Made by a program: the position numbers and the translations under genes. The notes under the pieces were generated by a model. That model did no database searches and was not told where the DNA came from. It saw only the letters and a list, made by a program, of their open reading frames with translations. 64,000 bases of DNA from Amoebidium appalachense (Eukaryota; Protista; Ichthyosporea), in NCBI GenBank assembly GCA_963693365.1, contig CAVNZM010000006.1, positions 248,001-312,000 of the forward strand, written 5' to 3'. Shown here in pieces: positions 57,519 to 64,000 of the stretch (the stretch's first letter is position 1; each line of letters starts with the position of its first letter).

Positions 57519-58958
57519 CCAAGCTCAACATTAGTGATATTCCCGTAATGGCTGCACCAGCTGCGGCTGCTGCCCCTGCCGCCGCCGCCCCCGCAGCAGT
57601 ATGTCTTCCCCCCCAACACCACCAACCACCATTACCACCATCCTGGGGATGGGCTCTGCTTATGATGCATTCTCATTATTATTGCTATGCAATTTGCATT
57701 GTTGTCCGTCATGAATATGCACTTAGTCCTGCCTAACACATACTACCCCCCCCCCCAAACACACACACAAACACAAAAAAAAAAACGAGAGAGGGAGACT
57801 GAGGGAGGGATGTTTGTTTTTGAGTGTGAGAGAAAGTTAATGGGTAAGTAGATGGTGGTGAGAAGGAGGGGGGGGGGGGGGGGGGGGGAGGAAGGGGCGC
57901 CTGATCAATGAGATAAAGGATGGCCAAAAAAAAAAAAAAAAAAAACACGTTTCGACACGGTGCCCACACCTGTTACGTCATGGGCCTAGCTCTCCCCCCT
58001 TGCATTTACACGGTCAGCGCACGGGGTGCACGAGGGCAGATGTCTTACGTGTGTAGCCATGAGCCATGTGGTTGCCTCCGGGCCATGCTAGAAAGACTGG
58101 AACATAGCCACAGGCGGAACTACACAACGTCTGTGTACAACGTCTCTGTTTGCAAAAACTGGCCATGTCTGGCATATAGCATGCATGGCACTGTTATGAT
58201 GTGTCGGTGTGTTGGTGTGCACATGGTAGTGTTTGTGTGCTGACAGAGTGGTTGGTTTGCAGGCGGAACCAGTTGAGGAGAAGAAGGAGCAGACGGAGTT
58301 CACTTTGAAGCTGACGAAGATCAACGAGAAGGACAAGGTCAAAATCATCAAGGAGGTCAAGAACATCGTGCCCAACATGAACTTGGTCCAGGTATGCATA
58401 TTCGGCATGATTGTCCCGTGGGGTTGGTGTATCAAAATCCCGCCGTCTATGTAGATGACTCAATGATACGGAGGGGGGGGGGGGGGGGGGGGGTCGTTTT
58501 GAACACATTGATATAGCCGTGCGTGTTTGATTGGTTTTGGAGATTATAAGTTATGAATTTAAATCCTGATGTTCGGTTTGGTTGGCCAAGACCGATGGTG
58601 GCGGCTTAACAGCTACCATCGGCCAGATAGGCTTGTATGCAGAGTTGGGCAAGGCTATCTTTGGCTGTGTGCAGCAGACCACTATTTATGGCCTTGCCTA
58701 CCCTAGCTGCATGTTTGTGTAGCGGTCTGAGGTGAGCGGGCGCGTGGTGCCGCGTGGGACCCGGTCATGGCATGAAGCTGTCTGCTGTCTGCATGGGGGG
58801 GAGGGGGGGCGCAATTCTGACGTTGTGGGGGGGTTCTGTAGGCCAAGAAATTTGTGGAGAGCCTGCCGCAGGTGCTGAGGGAGAAGGCTAACAAGGAGGA
58901 GGCCCTGAAGCTTAAGAAGACGCTGGAGGACATTGGCTGCACCGTGGCCATGGAGTAG
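54303..58958 (+). CDS. MRPL12: Mitochondrial ribosomal protein bL12m (L7/L12), 5 exons
   Basis: Presequence, IADDIASLNLLEVADLVTLLK, Ala/Pro hinge, EQTEFTLKL..KVKIIKEVK..MNLVQ/AKKFVESLPQVL..KLKKTLEDIG; stop TAG at 58956. Confidence 0.93.
55471..55560 (-). mobile_element. G-run-anchored repeat, truncated copy (subfamily 1, inverted)
   Basis: Reverse complement of the first ~90 bp of the 35392 copy; C-runs on both sides. Confidence 0.8.
57637..57745 (-). mobile_element. G-run-anchored repeat, diverged copy (inverted)
   Basis: ggatgggctctgcttatgatgcat matches the family core, and the copy ends at a C-run in the expected register. Confidence 0.55.
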
Positions 58959-60516
58959 AGCGGCTGAATTTGCGGGGGGTGGGGGGGGGGTCTGGGTGGG
59001 GGTGGGGGGGTAGCGTCAGGGACGCACGGGCCAGTGGCCAATAAAATGCGGCTGGTGACGTCATGCCAGCAGCCACAAAATGAATTCATTGGGTGTGCAA
59101 CAAGGTGCATGCAGGGTTAAGGGCCGCAATATATATGTGGGTGCACATCAAGGTGTGCCCGGAGTGTGTGTGTGTGTGTGTGTGTCTCTGTGTCTGTGTT
59201 TTTTTTTGGGGGGGGGGGGGGGTTCGACTCGGCCATGGATAGCTCTGCAGCATACCCTGGTGCGTAAATGACAAATGGCATGACATTGTTCGTGGAGGTG
59301 TTTGTGCGTGCACACGTGTTGGCAAATAGCAGTGCAATGTGCATCCACTTGTGGTCTTGAATACACAGTATGGGGGCCATGCACGATTTTCTACCCAAAA
59401 CTAGACTGCGCAGCGCCAGTTGAGAAGACACCTTTTACGAACACACTGACTGCTTGGTGTGCTCACACCTGCCGCCACACGCATTCTTTCTTTTTTTCCC
59501 TTAATCCCCCCCCCCCCCCCCCCCCTTTGGCGTGTATATGTGTGGTATTGCGTGCATGCATATATAGCCGACAGCAGAATCACATAGGGGATCATTGCAC
59601 TTTATTGGCCGAATCACATAGTCGACAACAGATTCTGATCAGTATCACAGAGTCTCAGAGAGCTCGAGGGAGACACACGCACGAACATGTATTCAAACAC
59701 ATACGTATACACATACATGCACACATACACACTATGTCATGTATAACACGTGTGCATGTTCTGGCACTAATATATTAGCACTAAGCTTCACGTGGTGTTC
59801 GCCCAAACAAAACGAAGTTTTCACACGCATGCCGCACGTGCACACACCATAGTCAATTTGCCAACCAATTAGAAAACCTAGTAAAATCATCACCCGCGCG
59901 CCGGCCGCCTCCCCCCCGGGCTCCACCAGCAACACCACCTCCGCATACGCACACGTCGCAAACACTTCATACTTGCACATGCAGTGTCGACGTCACGTGC
60001 ACGTTCTATACACAAACGGACGGCACATGTGCACACAAAGCCATGCATCAGTAATGTAAATATAGTGAGCACGATATGTTGAGTTCAAGGTTAATTACCG
60101 TTGGCTTCTTATAATTACTGAATGTCACTTGATTGGCCTTACCCGCGGAACGGGTGGGATGGGTGTGGGGGGAGAGGGTGGGGGGGGGAAGGGGGGGGGG
60201 GGGGGGGGAGGGGAGAGGGGAATTACAGTAATTGTGGTGCGCACGTGTACCACACGTAGACAAGTACAAGTACAAACACGGTGCAGAGCACAATTGCAGT
60301 AAAGTAAGTTATATCGATATCAGCAACACCCACAGTATGCAACATATGCATAAGCAGGTTCGGTAACCATCGATCGATCTTCCTGAGGGGCAAGCCCCAA
60401 ATCATCAATGACATCAGCCCGTTTCCCCTGCGGCCGTTGCAAATTGGGCCTTGTATACAAAAAACGGACAGCCTGAGGGTGGTGGGTGGTGGTGTGTGTG
60501 TGTGTGTATGTGTGTG

Positions 60517-60610
<94 letters not shown>

Positions 60611-61332
60611 GCGAAGGAGGGGGGATCGAACTTCCGGGATGTTTCCACGACCGGGCCCCTTTGACCGGGCTGCAGGGGGCAGGGGGAGGGGGCGTGGGGG
60701 GGAGGCCCTGGGGGGGGGACCACAGGCCCCTGCCAGTGGGGGGACTCATAACTTTTAAATATACCACACCATCACGACTGCTCCACTTGTTTATTTGACG
60801 CACCAATAGTGCAATTGCACACCAGTCCGCTGGGTGGCGGCAGCGCCTGCCAACCACTACACCACAACACGTACGAGTTATAACTGTTAACCGTTGCTGA
60901 TATTGGGTGTGGGTAACATGAATAAAATTTATTATAGATTAATATATGGCGTAAGTGCCTGTGATATATGTGGCGAATAAAAACCAAAATGTAGGTGTGG
61001 AAAAGCGGAATGGATACAACGGGTAGGACCTACATGATTGGCTAAACATCAGAACTACAAAGCACTAGGTATTACATTACGGGATCTGTATATTGCTCCA
61101 TCCAAAACCTATGTGTGACTTTGAAACTATAATGTTACAGCTGGCCACTCAGAAAGCCCTCAGCTCTTACGACTCAACTATGTCAGCCGCTATTTATATT
61201 GTTTTTCGCTAGCCTTACATGATACGTGCAGCCAAAAATAATCAACTTACTATTAGGCTTGTACGGAATATAGGCAATGAATAGGGAACAACCTATTCTT
61301 AGCCTTAAATGGGGTGTGTGCAACCAACACAA

Positions 61333-61448
61333 ATCTTAATTCTGCACATATCTGCTCTACTATCTTAATTCTGCACGTATCTGCTCTACTATCTTAATTC
61401 TGCACGTATCTGCTCTACTATCTTAATTCTGCCCGTATCTGCTCTACT
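61333..61448. repeat. 29-bp tandem repeat, 4 copies
   Basis: atcttaattctgcacgtatctgctctact x4 with no spacers. Confidence 0.9.
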
Positions 61449-61639
61449 CAGCAGCAGAAGAAAAATCTCAACAACACGCGGTGGGGTGTGCACGTGTGTG
61501 GGTGTGGGGGTGTGGATAATGGTCATGTTCGTCCTACGATCATCTGTTTGCGCCGGGGAGCTGTCGCCGTGGTGGGAGCATAGCAGATAAGAGTGTGTGT
61601 GTATGTGTGTGTGTGTGCGCGCGTGTGTGTGTGTGCCAC

Positions 61640-61740
<101 letters not shown>

Positions 61741-61840
61741 TGTGTGTGCACAAGCGCGCACATGTACGCGTGTGCATGTACTGCACTCTGCAACCGTCCA
61801 CCGGCAAGAGTCCTGTGCCCACGTGCCTTGCCGAAACCAA

Positions 61841-61970
61841 TCAGTGTTGCTGCTGCATATTCCTTATTTGGTCAAAGTAGGGGTGCTGCAGGGCCTGCTT
61901 GGCTGATATGCGCCTGGCTGGGTCGTACCGGAGGAACGACTGTGTGTGTGTGTGTGTGTGTGTGTGGGGT

Positions 61971-62010
<40 letters not shown>

Positions 62011-63502
62011 GGGGGTGGGGGAGATGGGGGTGTAGTGGGGGGGGGATTAGAGTGTGTCACAGAATACCAAATATCTGTCCATGACAAATCACACAATGCC
62101 GAGTGCACCACACAAGAGTATTGCATCTAAAGCAGACCCCATCCATAAAATGGCCCCAAGTCATCAAAAGTACACGAGTGTGGAAGGGGGAGAGAGGGGG
62201 GGGTGGGGGGTCAGTATGGGATTGCGGTAGTTCCTAGTACACGGATGAAGACACACAAGGCACACACACAGACAGACAAAGGGTAAACACGTGTCAGCAT
62301 GCCCAGGCACCCCTTGGTGCGTCGACCAATCACATGATGACTTTAAGGGTTTAACTCACAGCCAGAAGGTCGATAGCCAATGGGGACATAGCAGGCAGCA
62401 GACGGTCCAATGGCTGGGGGCTGTGGCTGGGGAAGTTGGGGTTGTAGTCGGGTAGCCGCACCACATCCGGCCATGAGGCCTGCGTGGGTGTGCCCAGCAC
62501 CCTGCATTGTATAGCCATACATGGTTAGTGGGTGGGTGTGGGGATTGGTGGATGTAATGTAGGATATATGGTTAGTGGTTGGTTGTGGGGATTGGTGCAT
62601 GTGTGCACTAGGCGGCGGGTCACAGTCCTTCACAAGGGCATCCGTGCATGCAGGAGGGCCCGCCGGCGATCCCCCATCACTGACAACTCAAGGTATGTTC
62701 ACACACACACACAGGTGCGCGTGAACACACGTACATGCATCACACAGGCACACCAACACACGAGCACAATGAAAACACCTACGTGTACATAACATACATG
62801 CACACCACAGGCACACGGGTACACACACAACCATCTGCCACACACGGGCGGAACGGGCAATGCACACAAACCCACCCACCCACCCACCCACCCACAACCA
62901 CCCACCCACCCATCAACCCCCCCACACCCACCTACCCACCTGAATATCTTGAACAGTTGGTCGATCTCGCTGTCGCCAGCAAACAGTGGCCTCCGTGTGG
63001 CCACCTCGGCAAAGATGCAGCCCACACTCCACATGTCCACAGGCGTCGAGTATCTGTACCAAAGGGGGAGGGGGGGGGGAGGGGTGTGTGGGGAGGGAGG
63101 GGGTCACCGGTCAGGATGAGAGGAAAGCAGTGGTTGTGCAAATTGGGCAACTCGATTGCTTGGAAAGGTTCAGGAATCAGGCACATTGCAGGGAGGGAGG
63201 GGCGGAGGGGGGGGTAAACGGGGAGGGGGTGGGGGGGGGGGGGGGGGGGGGGGTGGGGAGGGGGGTCATGGACGTAGTGTTGGCTACATAAGCACATGCA
63301 CATCACTGAATAAGTGCTCCACAGTGTGTGCATATGCGCCACATGCGCACGTGCACATGCCATCACACACACCTCTGGCAGCCCAGCAGAATCTCCGGTG
63401 CGCGATACCACAGAGTCACCACCTCATGGGTGTAGATGGGCAGGGGGGTGGACAGTGCACGAGACAGCCCAAAATCGGCAAGCTTGACCGTGCCATTCTC
63501 CC
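61841..63502 (-). CDS. Cyclin-dependent kinase (CDK1/2-like), last four exons; 5' part lies beyond the window
   Basis: [36 protein letters not shown] / [31 protein letters not shown] / VLGTP..WPDV..LPDY / [18 protein letters not shown]; stop TGA at 61841. Confidence 0.9.
62046..62183 (+). mobile_element. G-run-anchored repeat, diverged copy
   Basis: G-run followed by attagagtgtgtcacagaatacc...aagcagaccccatcc..ggccccaagtcatcaa, colinear with the 35565 copy. Confidence 0.6.
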
Positions 63503-63963
63503 CTGGGGGATGGTGTGAGAACATGGGGCAGGGTGCTGTGCATGGGGTGTAATTGCTTATATAGTCATATACAAAGTGTGGTGTGTTATGTACTTGTATG
63601 CAAAGGGTGGTGTCTATGTGCTTATAAGCACACACACACATGTACACTGAGTCGCATCTAATATTAGGTACAAAATTGGTATTGAATGTTGTGTCCATGT
63701 ACAAACAGTGCCGTAGTATGCCGTCGGGGGCAGAGCACCATTCAACGGCGATTGTGGTGGGCCCCCGGCAGAGGATAGAGAGAGCCCACACACCCCTAAT
63801 GTTTGTTCTGTGCTAGCACCACACAACACATAACTACGGAGCATGTCAGAAACCCATGCGCATACACATCCACATGCATCACCCGTGTATGCATACACAT
63901 ACACATTCAACACAGATGTACACACGTACATGTGCATACACATAAGGCACACAGGCACACGTG

Positions 63964-63994
<31 letters not shown>

Positions 63995-64000
63995 ACACAC

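Noticed and set aside
61333-61448. CRISPR-like array
   Set aside because: The repeats are contiguous with no spacers, there are no cas genes, and the context is eukaryotic.

Overview
Intron-rich eukaryotic DNA, probably opisthokont (an inference from gene content), with introns packed with (CA)n/(GT)n, (GA)n and long G/C homopolymers. Most short ORFs in the track are low-complexity artefacts. Exon-by-exon reconstruction gives, in order: an SMN-like gene (-) with two Tudor domains, SMIM20 (+), an SHR3-like membrane protein (-), two convergent cytosolic 5'-nucleotidase III paralogs, an intronless disrupted SAM methyltransferase, RPB1 (-, about 26 exons, about 34 CTD heptads), PYURF/preY (+), NHP2 (+), mitochondrial bL12 (+) and the 3' half of a CDK (-). 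The main highlights are four. RPB1 carries both a U12-type GT-AG intron and an AT-AC intron with U2-type signals. A dispersed repeat (about 10 copies) has one fixed end always fused to a G/C run and carries a covarying stem. The SMN has tandem Tudor domains. Many 3' splice sites lack a polypyrimidine tract. Single-base frameshifts in homopolymers of RPB1 and SMN suggest assembly indel errors.
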